Shown: positions 7,198-16,300 of the stretch, piece by piece
Layout: each line of letters opens with the position of its first letter
Numbering within the stretch: the stretch's first letter is position 1
Virus record (IMG/VR): IMGVR_UViG_3300025632_000002
Reading direction: 5' to 3' (one strand)
Length of the DNA stretch: 64,000 nucleotides
Source of the DNA: an uncultured virus (IMG/VR IMGVR_UViG_3300025632_000002)
Lineage: Duplodnaviria > Heunggongvirae > Uroviricota > Caudoviricetes > Crassvirales
The notes under the pieces: model-generated
What the model was told of the DNA's origin: nothing
The model's database searches: none
Seen by the model: only the letters and a program-made list of their open reading frames with translations
Made by a program: the position numbers and the translations under genes

Positions 7198-8250
7198 ATG
7201 CGGCTCTTACTTTTCTTTTTCTTTTTCCCGTGCGTGGTTTTCTCACAAGACGTTTGCGGCACTTCGTATGATTCTTCTCTTTATTTATTTCCTTCTTCTC
7301 GTATTTCTAACGAATGGAAGGAGATACCTGTTGCGGTTCATATTTGTTATTCGGACAGTTTGGGGGGTTGGTTTAGCGAGGAGTATGTTGAGGAAGCGAT
7401 TGCTGATTTAAATGCTGATATGTCTGAGGCTATGATATCGGTTGATTTGGTTCACGTCGGCTATAAAGATTTGGAGGATTACAGTTGGTATGACAGCTAT
7501 GCTTTTAATCCTAACGGCAATTGGTGCTTTCCTTTTTTCGGTACTCAGAACAGTATTTTAGCTACGGACTTATCTCTTCCTGACTGGGACCCTAATTATC
7601 ATTGTAATATCTATGTGATACCAAAGATGTGCGCTGGGATACTGGGATGGTCTTACGTGACGGCTTCTGCTACGAATGCTCGCGACGGTATCTGGTTGCG
7701 TTCGGACATATTCGGTTTGGGCAGTGTTCACCCTCGCAATAACGAGAACAAAGTTTTGACTCACGAGATGGGTCATTACTGCGGTCTTCATCACGTTTTC
7801 CAATCTGTAAATTTCTGTGGTGATGACGGCGGCTTGCCTTGCGACGTTTGGGGAGATTTCGTTTGCGATACTCCTCCTACTAAGTTGCAATGGGAATGTG
7901 ACCCTCCTATGTGTCCCGAGTCTTTATATAATTATACTGCTGACAACCATATGGATTACTACCCTGACTCGTGTCGTCACCACTTTACGCCTGGTCAGGT
8001 GGACCGTATGCACGATATGTTGAGTTACCAGCGTGCGGGTTTATTTGGCGGCTACCCTATTTGTTTGGGCGACTGCAATGGCGATTATGTAGTTGGTATT
8101 TCTGACCTTATGCTTATCCTTTCGTGCTGGGGCTCTGCTGGCTGTTTAGACGGCGACATAAACCACAGCGGCTTAGTTGATATTTACGACTTGAATATGT
8201 TTTTGTCTTTGTACGGAACGATATGCGAGGGTAATATTTTGTGGAAATAG
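7198..8250 (+). CDS. Secreted zinc metalloprotease, M43 (pappalysin/ulilysin-like), with C-terminal dockerin-like EF-hand pair
   Basis: Signal-peptide-like N-terminus; HEMGHYCGLHH (HExxHxxGxxH); CDTPP; NHMDY Met-turn; GDCNGDYVVGISDL and GDINHSGLVDIYDL repeats. Confidence 0.85.
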   Translation: MRLLLFFFFFPCVVFSQDVCGTSYDSSLYLFPSSRISNEWKEIPVAVHICYSDSLGGWFSEEYVEEAIADLNADMSEAMISVDLVHVGYKDLEDYSWYDSYAFNPNGNWCFPFFGTQNSILATDLSLPDWDPNYHCNIYVIPKMCAGILGWSYVTASATNARDGIWLRSDIFGLGSVHPRNNENKVLTHEMGHYCGLHHVFQSVNFCGDDGGLPCDVWGDFVCDTPPTKLQWECDPPMCPESLYNYTADNHMDYYPDSCRHHFTPGQVDRMHDMLSYQRAGLFGGYPICLGDCNGDYVVGISDLMLILSCWGSAGCLDGDINHSGLVDIYDLNMFLSLYGTICEGNILWK

Positions 8251-8282
8251 TTTGTAGCTTTGCTTTATTAAAATTGAATTAA

Positions 8283-9908
8283 ATGTTTACACCTAAGAAT
8301 ATCGTCTTTGACGAGGATGGCCGTTCAAAGTTGCGCGAAGGCATTACGAAGATGTCTAAAGCTGTCAAGAGCACTTTGGGTCCTAGCGGCCAAACTGTTA
8401 TTATAGAATCGGAGCAGCATACTCACGGCATTACGGTCACTAAGGACGGCGTTACGGTTGCGAAATCTATCCACTTGCTGGACGCCGTTGAGAACTTGGC
8501 GGTACGCATTATGCGCGAGGCTTCGGAGCGTACGAGTACTCAGGCGGGCGACGGCACTACTACGGCTATCGTCTTGACGGAAGCTTTGATTAAGGTTACG
8601 GAGAGTTTTGTCAGCGACTATAGCGATATAAACAAGGCTGATTTCCTGCGGTTTCTTTCGGTATTGAGCGAGGATACCATAGCTAGGGTGGGGAGTTCGG
8701 CAGTTGAGCTTACGGACAAGAAGATGTTGGACGTGGCTACGATATCTTCAAATAACGACAGGGAGCTGGGCAAGATAATTTCTGACGTTTATCGGGCGGT
8801 CGGTGGTGACGGCGTGGTAACTGTGGAGAACGGTTTGCTTCCGTCTACGTATTACGAGGTTACTAAAGGTATGCGTTTTGAGCGTGGCTATACCTCTCCT
8901 CTTTTTGTAAATAACCACGAGACGGACGAGTGTGTTTTGGAGGACTGTTACGTTATGGTATGCGGCAACGAGATAAACAGCCCTTTGCAGCTGGAGGGCG
9001 TGTTAAAGGAAATTATCAGCGACAGGCATAAGTTGCTTTTGGTATCGCCTTGCTCTGTGAACTTCATTAATACGATGGCTGCTAACGTTATGAAAAACGG
9101 CATTAAGTTTTGCAACGTTAACCCTCCGCAATTTGGTTGGAAGCAGGAGGAGGTGATGAGCGACTTGGCGCTATCGCTGGGCGCTAAATATTTCTCTGAG
9201 AAGACGGGCGACGACTTGTCTTTAATTACGATGGCGGACCTCGGGTTTGCGAAGAAGGTAGTTGTGAAGCGCGACCATACCGTTGTTATGCGTGACGAGT
9301 CGAAGGTTGACCAAGGCGATATCGACCAGCGGGTAAAGGAGTTGCGGTCTGCTTTTGAGCATACAAATAAAAAAGACGAGAAGGATTTTTTCTTGGAGCG
9401 TATCGCGAGCTTGGCTGGCGGGGTCGGCGTTATTTATGTGGGCGGCAATACGGACTTGGAGCAGAAGGAGCGTTACGACAGGGTCGATGACGCGGTCTGT
9501 GCGGTTCGTTCTGCTTTGACCGAAGGTATTGTCCCTGGCGGCGGAGTGGCTTTGTTGGAGCAATCGTCTCGTTTGAGTGCTTATAGTTTGCGCAGAAAAA
9601 TTTCTAGCGAAGAGTCGTTAGCTGCTAAGGTCTTGTCGATTGCTTTGGAGGCTCCGTTTATTCAGATAATTACAAACGCTGGTATCGATTCGGAAGAGGT
9701 CCTTAATAAAGTTATAGATAGTCGCCGACGCGGATACGGCTTTAACGTAAAGACGCGTAAATATGGGAATATGATTCGCCAGGGCGTAGTTGACCCTGCT
9801 AAAGTTACTAAGAGCGCTTTACGCAACGCCGTTGCCGTCGCTACTACAATACTGAGTACCAATGCAATTATCACATCAGCCCGTACCTATGAGGAAGCTA
9901 GTAAATGA
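8283..9908 (+). CDS. groEL: Phage chaperonin GroEL
   Basis: TLGP, TKDGVTVAK, AGDGTTTA, GMRFERGY, EGIVPGGG and VDPAKVT motifs; no GGM tail. Confidence 0.97.
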   Translation: MFTPKNIVFDEDGRSKLREGITKMSKAVKSTLGPSGQTVIIESEQHTHGITVTKDGVTVAKSIHLLDAVENLAVRIMREASERTSTQAGDGTTTAIVLTEALIKVTESFVSDYSDINKADFLRFLSVLSEDTIARVGSSAVELTDKKMLDVATISSNNDRELGKIISDVYRAVGGDGVVTVENGLLPSTYYEVTKGMRFERGYTSPLFVNNHETDECVLEDCYVMVCGNEINSPLQLEGVLKEIISDRHKLLLVSPCSVNFINTMAANVMKNGIKFCNVNPPQFGWKQEEVMSDLALSLGAKYFSEKTGDDLSLITMADLGFAKKVVVKRDHTVVMRDESKVDQGDIDQRVKELRSAFEHTNKKDEKDFFLERIASLAGGVGVIYVGGNTDLEQKERYDRVDDAVCAVRSALTEGIVPGGGVALLEQSSRLSAYSLRRKISSEESLAAKVLSIALEAPFIQIITNAGIDSEEVLNKVIDSRRRGYGFNVKTRKYGNMIRQGVVDPAKVTKSALRNAVAVATTILSTNAIITSARTYEEASK

Positions 9909-10143
9909 TTGGCTTACGGACATAGGGGAGGAATCTCTTTTTGCTGACGGATTTGACGACGCTATTATCGGCTTGTCGTATGACCCGCTTGCGGATAGCT
10001 ACCGTGTGTGTTACAGCATTGACAAGTGCTACGATTGTTTGGTAAAGGACGACGAGATGTCTTTTGACGAAGCCATCGAGTATTTTGAGTATAACGTCAT
10101 CGGCTCGTATATGGGTCCTAAGACACCAATTTTTGTAATATGA
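9889..10143 (+). CDS. Conserved phage hypothetical (ADGFDDAIIG...EYFEYNVIGSYMG.KTP)
   Basis: Recognisable phage motif; overlaps the groEL stop and the groES start. Confidence 0.8.
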   Translation: MRKLVNDWLTDIGEESLFADGFDDAIIGLSYDPLADSYRVCYSIDKCYDCLVKDDEMSFDEAIEYFEYNVIGSYMGPKTPIFVI

Positions 10144-10397
10144 AGCCAATCAATAAATACCTTGTCATCGACCCTATCGACGAACAGTTTGTTTCTTCGT
10201 CTGGCTTGATTTTATCTACGGAAGACGCTAAATCGTTTCGCTATAAAAAAGCTACGGTAGTAGAGTCTGGCACTCAGATAGATACGATACATAAAGGCGA
10301 CGTTATCTATTACGACAAGAACGCTGGTCACTCTATGATGATAGGCGACGTTACGTACACTATCATTCTTGAGAGGGACGTTGTTGTTGTCGTATAG
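10140..10397 (+). CDS. groES: Co-chaperonin GroES
   Basis: MKPINKYLVI, SSGLIL mobile loop, KGDVIYY and ERDVVVV; adjacent to groEL. Confidence 0.9.
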   Translation: MKPINKYLVIDPIDEQFVSSSGLILSTEDAKSFRYKKATVVESGTQIDTIHKGDVIYYDKNAGHSMMIGDVTYTIILERDVVVVV

Positions 10398-10842
10398 ACT
10401 GGTTAATTTTTTTGATGTAGTTACGGTATACTACGTCTGTATAGGGGGCGCTCTTTTTGAACATAGGGTTGGCGGATTGTGTTTCTGCGAACTCTTGCCC
10501 GTTGAGTTTATTGTATACGGCATTGAGCATAGCTCTTCCTTTGTATGAGAGTTCGTACAGGGCTTTTTGATTGCCTTTACGCTTTCTAAATACGTGTATC
10601 CATCCGTCACGCAAGAGGTCGGAGAATCGTTTTTTATTCCAGCTCATCAGCTGGTTGTATTCATCGAACGTATCTTTTGTGAAGTACGATTCTGAATATA
10701 GGAAGAGGAGCATCTCTAGCTCTACGGTTCCGAGTCCGTAGTTTGATTTTACCCACCTACGTATTACGCGCCAGTACTTTAGGTAGTCGTTGGGCGGTTC
10801 TGTGCGGCTGTACCGCTTGCGAATGTTTTTGTGAATCTTCAT
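10363..10842 (-). CDS. Putative winged-helix (MarR-like) DNA-binding protein
   Basis: LEMLLFL...FSDLLRDGWIHVFRKR...LYELSYKGR pattern; only minus-strand gene in this block; likely start at ATG 10842. Confidence 0.7.
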   Translation of the reverse strand: MKIHKNIRKRYSRTEPPNDYLKYWRVIRRWVKSNYGLGTVELEMLLFLYSESYFTKDTFDEYNQLMSWNKKRFSDLLRDGWIHVFRKRKGNQKALYELSYKGRAMLNAVYNKLNGQEFAETQSANPMFKKSAPYTDVVYRNYIKKINQSIRQQQRPSQE

Positions 10843-10855
10843 TAAATTTAATTTG

Positions 10856-10873
10856 TAACTTTGGTCAAAGTTA
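10856..10873. promoter_or_regulatory. Symmetric bidirectional promoter TAACTTTG-GT-CAAAGTTA
   Basis: Two TAnnTTTG boxes in inverted orientation between divergent ATGs at 10842 (-) and 10880 (+). Confidence 0.7.
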
Positions 10874-10879
10874 TAAGTT

Positions 10880-11035
10880 ATGGCTGGACGCACTAAAAAA
10901 ACTGGCAATAAGATTTGCCCTTCGGGAATCGCTTGGGCGAAGCGGACTTTTGACCGTTACCCTTCGGCGTATGCGAATATGGCAGCTAGTAAATATTGCA
11001 AAGACCCTAACTACGCTAAAAAATCCAAGAAATAA
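10880..11035 (+). CDS. Small basic phage protein (AKRTFDRYPSAYAN motif, DUF5872-like)
   Basis: Read manually, 51 aa; PSAYAN motif recognised. Confidence 0.75.
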   Translation: MAGRTKKTGNKICPSGIAWAKRTFDRYPSAYANMAASKYCKDPNYAKKSKK

Positions 11036-11037
11036 TT

Positions 11038-11616
11038 ATGGCTAAGAAAGAATACACCAAGACCAAGTCAACGGGTCGCCGAACGGTTGCTAAGACTAAA
11101 GCTGCTGACGGCAGCAAGAGTAAAGTTGTTACTCGTAAGAAGAAGGACGGCACTACTAAAGTTAAGTCGAAGACTAAATCAGGAGGAGTCGTAACTAAGC
11201 GTAAGGTAACCGTTGGGAAGAAGTCTCCCACACGTACCACTAGTCTTGGGTCTCAAAAAGTAGGCAACAGAGAGATTTACACTGAGACAAAAGAATCTAC
11301 TCAGTCTGTAAGGGGTAAAGAAACTGTCAAGAATCGTAAGGCCAAGAAGGGAGATGCTCGTAAGACGAAATCTAAGATTAACGGAACGCGAACTATGACG
11401 ACTAGAAATACGGAGATGAGTACTATCCCAACTCGTCGTCCAACAAAAATGGTGGGTAGTGATAGAAAAATTACATCCCAAGGCCGTCGATATATGCACG
11501 AGCAAAATAAGTCTAGAGGCCCAAGCTCAACAATAAGCACCCGTACTACCACGACTACAACTCCCGCTAAACGCACCACAGTCAAGACCAGAATCAAAAA
11601 GAGAGGTCGTCGATAA
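11038..11616 (+). CDS. Extremely Lys/Arg/Thr-rich protein
   Basis: 192-aa ORF directly after the upstream stop; low complexity, strongly basic. Confidence 0.75.
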   Translation: MAKKEYTKTKSTGRRTVAKTKAADGSKSKVVTRKKKDGTTKVKSKTKSGGVVTKRKVTVGKKSPTRTTSLGSQKVGNREIYTETKESTQSVRGKETVKNRKAKKGDARKTKSKINGTRTMTTRNTEMSTIPTRRPTKMVGSDRKITSQGRRYMHEQNKSRGPSSTISTRTTTTTTPAKRTTVKTRIKKRGRR

Positions 11617-11636
11617 TATTTTAAAACCAAGAAATA

Positions 11637-11714
11637 ATGGCATCATACGGAAAGCCCTGCACCCAGAAGGTTAAATCTGCTTCAAAGAAAAAGACTAAGA
11701 AATCCAAGAAATAA
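11637..11714 (+). CDS. Tiny basic peptide (MASYGKPCTQKVKSASKKKTKKSKK)
   Basis: Read manually; TAATG coupling to the next gene. Confidence 0.55.
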   Translation: MASYGKPCTQKVKSASKKKTKKSKK

Positions 11715-12133
11715 TGGCTAAGAAAGAAAGAGTCGCTAAAACCGACAAGTATGGTGTTCAGACATCACGTGTTTCAAAAGGAAAGGGAGTGAAAGGTTAC
11801 GGAACGACAAAAAAATACCGTAGCAAAACTATTCAAACTATTCGCGAAGGCGACAAGGGTGGTGCGGATAATCTAGGCAGGCGCGGGGTTTTAACTCGCC
11901 AAAGAGGAAGTGCCGAAGGAGGTAAAATTGCTAGAAAGACTGTAAACAGGTCAGTAAATGCTGATGCGGGAACGGTTAAAAAAACCAAATACGTCTATAA
12001 GAAGAAGACCAGTACTCTGAAGGAAAGTGAAAAGTCGAAAACCATTGGTAAAAAAAGAGCTACAAAAAAACTCAGTCGTATGGCGGCTAAGCAAGACCGT
12101 ATGGACAAGCGCACCGCAAAAAAGCGTAAGTAA
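11714..12133 (+). CDS. Lys/Arg-rich protein
   Basis: 139-aa ORF; starts MAKKE like the 11038 gene. Confidence 0.75.
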   Translation: MAKKERVAKTDKYGVQTSRVSKGKGVKGYGTTKKYRSKTIQTIREGDKGGADNLGRRGVLTRQRGSAEGGKIARKTVNRSVNADAGTVKKTKYVYKKKTSTLKESEKSKTIGKKRATKKLSRMAAKQDRMDKRTAKKRK

Positions 12134-12375
12134 TGGGAGAGCTGAAGAAATGGCGGGACCAGAAATGGGTTCGTATTGGTACTGACGGTTCTATCCTTGG
12201 TGCTTGCGGCACGAGCAAGGACACAAAGAACCCTGACCGATGTCTGCCATTATCTAAGGCTAATTCTATGAGTAAATCTGAGCGAGCTGCTACAGCCCGT
12301 AGGAAGAAACGACGAGGAGGAAGCAGGCGTCAGTTTGTTTCCAATACGGCGGCAGGACGAGTAACGAATAGTTGA
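12133..12375 (+). CDS. Small basic phage protein (LKKW..QKWV..CG...RCLP)
   Basis: 80-aa ORF; motif recognised as common in aquatic phages. Confidence 0.8.
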   Translation: MGELKKWRDQKWVRIGTDGSILGACGTSKDTKNPDRCLPLSKANSMSKSERAATARRKKRRGGSRRQFVSNTAAGRVTNS

Positions 12376-12376
12376 T

Positions 12377-12667
12377 ATGGCGAATAAGAGCAAGATGAAA
12401 TGCAACAGCCCTACTCGGTCGGACCGAGCGGGGAAGAAGATGATGGTCAAAGCTTGCTCTGGCGGCAAAGAGAAGCTCATTCATTTCGGCGCCAAGGGTT
12501 ATGGACATAACTATTCTGCTGCTGCGCGTAAGAGCTTTAAAGCTCGTCATAAGTGTGGGACGGCTACCAATAAACTTACGGCGCGTTACTGGGCTTGCAA
12601 AAAGTTGTGGGCTGGTAAGGGCGGTTCTAAGAAGAGCTCTCCGTCCAATAGGCGTGGGAAATATTAA
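12377..12667 (+). CDS. Small basic phage protein (IHFG...RKSFKARHKC...ARYWAC..LW)
   Basis: 96-aa ORF; motif recognised as common in aquatic phages. Confidence 0.8.
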   Translation: MANKSKMKCNSPTRSDRAGKKMMVKACSGGKEKLIHFGAKGYGHNYSAAARKSFKARHKCGTATNKLTARYWACKKLWAGKGGSKKSSPSNRRGKY

Positions 12668-12691
12668 GTACATTTGTAAAAACAGAATATA

Positions 12692-12862
12692 ATGCCCTCA
12701 CGTTCTCGCCCTTCAAAAGGATTAGGGGATACCGTTGAAAAAATTACTAGAGCAACAGGTATCAAGCAGGTAGTGGAGAAGGTCTCCCAAGCTACAGGCT
12801 CCGATTGTGGCTGCGGCCAACGCCGCGACACGTTAAACAGAATTTTCCCATACGATAAATAA
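12692..12862 (+). CDS. Small phage protein (KGLGDTVEKIT..TGIK...DCGC..RR..LN)
   Basis: Read manually, 56 aa; follows the -7 box TACATTTG. Confidence 0.75.
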   Translation: MPSRSRPSKGLGDTVEKITRATGIKQVVEKVSQATGSDCGCGQRRDTLNRIFPYDK

Positions 12863-12864
12863 TT

Positions 12865-13386
12865 ATGGCATATCAAAAATTACAGGTAGGACTAGCGCTA
12901 GAAATAGTTCCATTCGATTACGACATCCCGAACCCTGCGGGACCTATCTTCGAAAGTACGAGCACGGTAGGAACGCAATCTAACGTAACAACGCTTACGC
13001 TTATTGACGCTAACGCTGATTTTATTAAGGAAGGTATAAAGCCTGGGATGGTTATTAAGGGGGGCGGTGCAAATTTTACTTTTGCTGTCGTTAGCTCCGT
13101 AGATAGCGCAACGCAGTTAACGGCTACGATAGAAAACGGATATGTCTGGACAGAAGAATACGGGTACACTATATACGCAGAGACTACCGACGGTTGCGTT
13201 TTATATGTAGGGGGTACGCTTGCGCCTAACACAGCGGGATTTAAGATTCCAATAATTACCGCTTCGGGCTCTCTCGTTACGCTAGAGGGCGTCTTGCCAG
13301 GCTCCTTTATACCCGTTCAGGTACGAAGGGTAAGCGCACGGACACCAATCTCGGGTGAAGAATTAAAAATTGTAGCTTTCTGGTAA
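12865..13386 (+). CDS. Putative virion structural or tail-associated protein
   Basis: 173 aa, beta-rich, LYVG...GSFIPVQVRRV; precedes the tail fibre. Confidence 0.7.
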   Translation: MAYQKLQVGLALEIVPFDYDIPNPAGPIFESTSTVGTQSNVTTLTLIDANADFIKEGIKPGMVIKGGGANFTFAVVSSVDSATQLTATIENGYVWTEEYGYTIYAETTDGCVLYVGGTLAPNTAGFKIPIITASGSLVTLEGVLPGSFIPVQVRRVSARTPISGEELKIVAFW

Positions 13387-13387
13387 T

Positions 13388-16300
13388 ATGAGCGGAACTA
13401 TCATAGGTATTGCTAACGCGTTTGGCGCCAGTATTTCGCCTGGCGCTGCTCAGGGTTCGGCTCCTGGCCCTCCCCCTAGCCAAGACCCTATGAATTTTTA
13501 TGTCACCCCGTATAACTCGGCGGGGACTTCAACCCCTAGCGGTCAGTATAAACTTGGTTTGTACTCTACGGGCATTTATAATTTTACGGTTGATTGGGGC
13601 GATGGCAATACCGACGTTATTACATCGTATAACCAACCCGAGGTTACGCACGACTACGGAACGGTTTTGCCTACGGATAATTTTGAAATTACCATTACGC
13701 CTAACTCACCGATTCGGCAACAGGCGGTAAACAGTTGGTATTTCGGAAATCGAAACGAAGGAGACGGGGTTAAAGTAAGGTCTATTGACCAGTTTGGCGC
13801 TACCCTTTTTTATGCTGACCAAGATATATTTTACGGATGTGAGGTCCTAAGTACTTTTGCTTCTACTATAAGCAACGTCCCCACTATTTTAAACAAGGTT
13901 ATTGGAGACGGATTTTTCTTTAATTGCGACGAGCTTGCCCCTGCTTTTTATACGGCTTACTGGGTAGGGCCATTTACTGGTACCGCAGAATCATTTAACG
14001 AAGGAAAATCCGTTGCGGGGCTTCCTGTGGGAAATTCTAGAGGAAAGTTCCAGCTTGACTTTACTCCTACCAATATGTTTAGGGCGTTTAAAAATCAAGC
14101 GATTTTCAACCAAAATGATGTAGGTCTTTACTGGGACGTTTCTAGTTGCAACAACTTTACGGAATGTTTTTCTTCTTGTTTGCGCTATAACCAGCCGTTC
14201 CCCAACTGGACCTTTTTGACGGGTACGCCTGTTTTTGCGGCGGATATGTTTAAAAACGCCGTAGACTTCAATCAAAATATAACGGGTTGGAATACGTCTG
14301 CGTTTCAGGATATGGGTGGGATGTTTGCCCGTACGTTGCCCGTTGGTTCGGGAGGGGTGACGGACTCTGTATTTAACCAAGCTATTGGCGTTTGGAATAC
14401 AGATAACGTACGTGACGCAAGCGCTATGTTTTTTAACGCCGTCAACTTCAACCAAGATTTGAGCAATTGGTTTAGTACGGGTTCTTTACAAAATATAGGC
14501 CCTAGCTCAGGCGGCATAGTAAGTATGTTTTCTGGCGCTACTTCTTTTAATAGCTCTGTAGCTAACTGGGACCTTACCAATCCTTTGCTTACTTCTGTTT
14601 CTTATGTTTTTAACGGCGCCACTTCATTTGACCAGCCTCTTAATTCGTGGGACGTTTCTGGCGTTTCTTTTTTTGTAGGCACTTTTAACGGCGCTACTGC
14701 ATTCAACCAAAATTTAGCGCTTTGGGACGTTTCCTCGGGGCTATTTTTTAGTGAGATGTTTAAGGGCGCTACTTCTTTTGTGGGTACTTCGCTTACTTCG
14801 TGGAACGTGTCTTCTGCTACTGATATGCAGGATATGTTTAACGGGGCTACTTCTTTTACAAATTCACTTGTTTTTTGGAACCCGTCTAGCGTGACCAATA
14901 TGTCGGGGATGTTTAACGGCGCTACCCTTGCCAACCCCAACGTAAGCGGATGGAATATATCTAGCTTAGCGAACGCTTCGGATATGTTTACGAATAGCGG
15001 GCTCAGCTCTTTTAATTACCAAGCGCTTTTGGTGGCTTGGGCGGCTCAGGCGCCTAACATACAAAACGGCGTAACGCTTTCTAGTATTAACCAATACGCA
15101 AACTTTGGCGCTCCTGCCGACGCCAAAGCGAAGTTGGTTAATGATTATGGATGGACTATTACCGACTTGGTAAACCCGAATTTGCCTCCGCCTGCTTTAA
15201 CTTTTACTATTGACACTACGGCTACCGAAGTCGGGAGCACGGCAAACAATCAATACCGCCTTCCTTTAATTTCATCTGGCACTTATGATTTTTACGTCCA
15301 GTGGGGCGACGGCGATGCCGAGCAAATTACGAGTTGGAACCAAGCAGAAGCTACGCATACGTATGCTGCTGCGGGTACGTATACAGTAAAGATGTTTGCG
15401 GTAGCGGCAACTACTACCCCTATTATCGACCATATTAGCTGGGCTTCTCAAGACGGCACTACGCTAAGTGCTGCCAACGACAGGCTTAAGGTTCAGGATA
15501 TTTCTGAATGGGCAGCGGCGATTTTGTATCTCAACGAATATGTCTTTACTAATTGCGAAAATTTAAATATTACGACTACTTCTTCTCCTACTTTTGGAAG
15601 CAAGGTATTGAGGACGTCTGCTTTTGAAAATTGCGATAACTTAAGTGGTGATTTAAGTGGTTGGGGAACTGTTGGGTCTCCCATTACGGGCTTGGCAGGG
15701 ACTTTTTATAAAAACTCTACTTCCAACCCCAACTTTAATTTTGTTTTGCAGCATAACGTCGGGAGCCTTATACAGCCATTTCAAAATTGCGCGGCATTTA
15801 ATAATCCTTTAAATAACTGGGACGTCTCTAGCGTTATCGGTTTTACGGCTGCTTTTAGTGGCGCTAGTGCTTTCAATCAAGATATTAGCGGTTGGGATAC
15901 GGGCAATTCAAGTGCTTTTAACGCGATGTTTAGTAACGCTTTAGCGTTCAATCAAAACATTAGTTCTTGGAATGTTGCTAGCGTAACTACGTTTAGCCAA
16001 ATGTTTCAAGGCGCCACTTTATTTAATCAACCTGTAGGGGCTTGGACGACTACGTCTTTAACGAATTTGTTTTCAACGTTTAAGAACGCTGCTGCGTTTG
16101 ACCAGGATTTAGCGAACTGGGACGTAAGCGGGGTTACTACTGCTGTCGATATGCTTACTGGCAGCAACATAAGTGCTGCTAACTGGGACGCTTTGCTTAT
16201 TGGCTGGGCGGCTCAAGGGACTGGAGCGGGCTCTTTACAAGCTAATGTTACGCTATCGAATATCAACCAGCTCCACGGTTCGGTAGACTCGGCGGCTACA

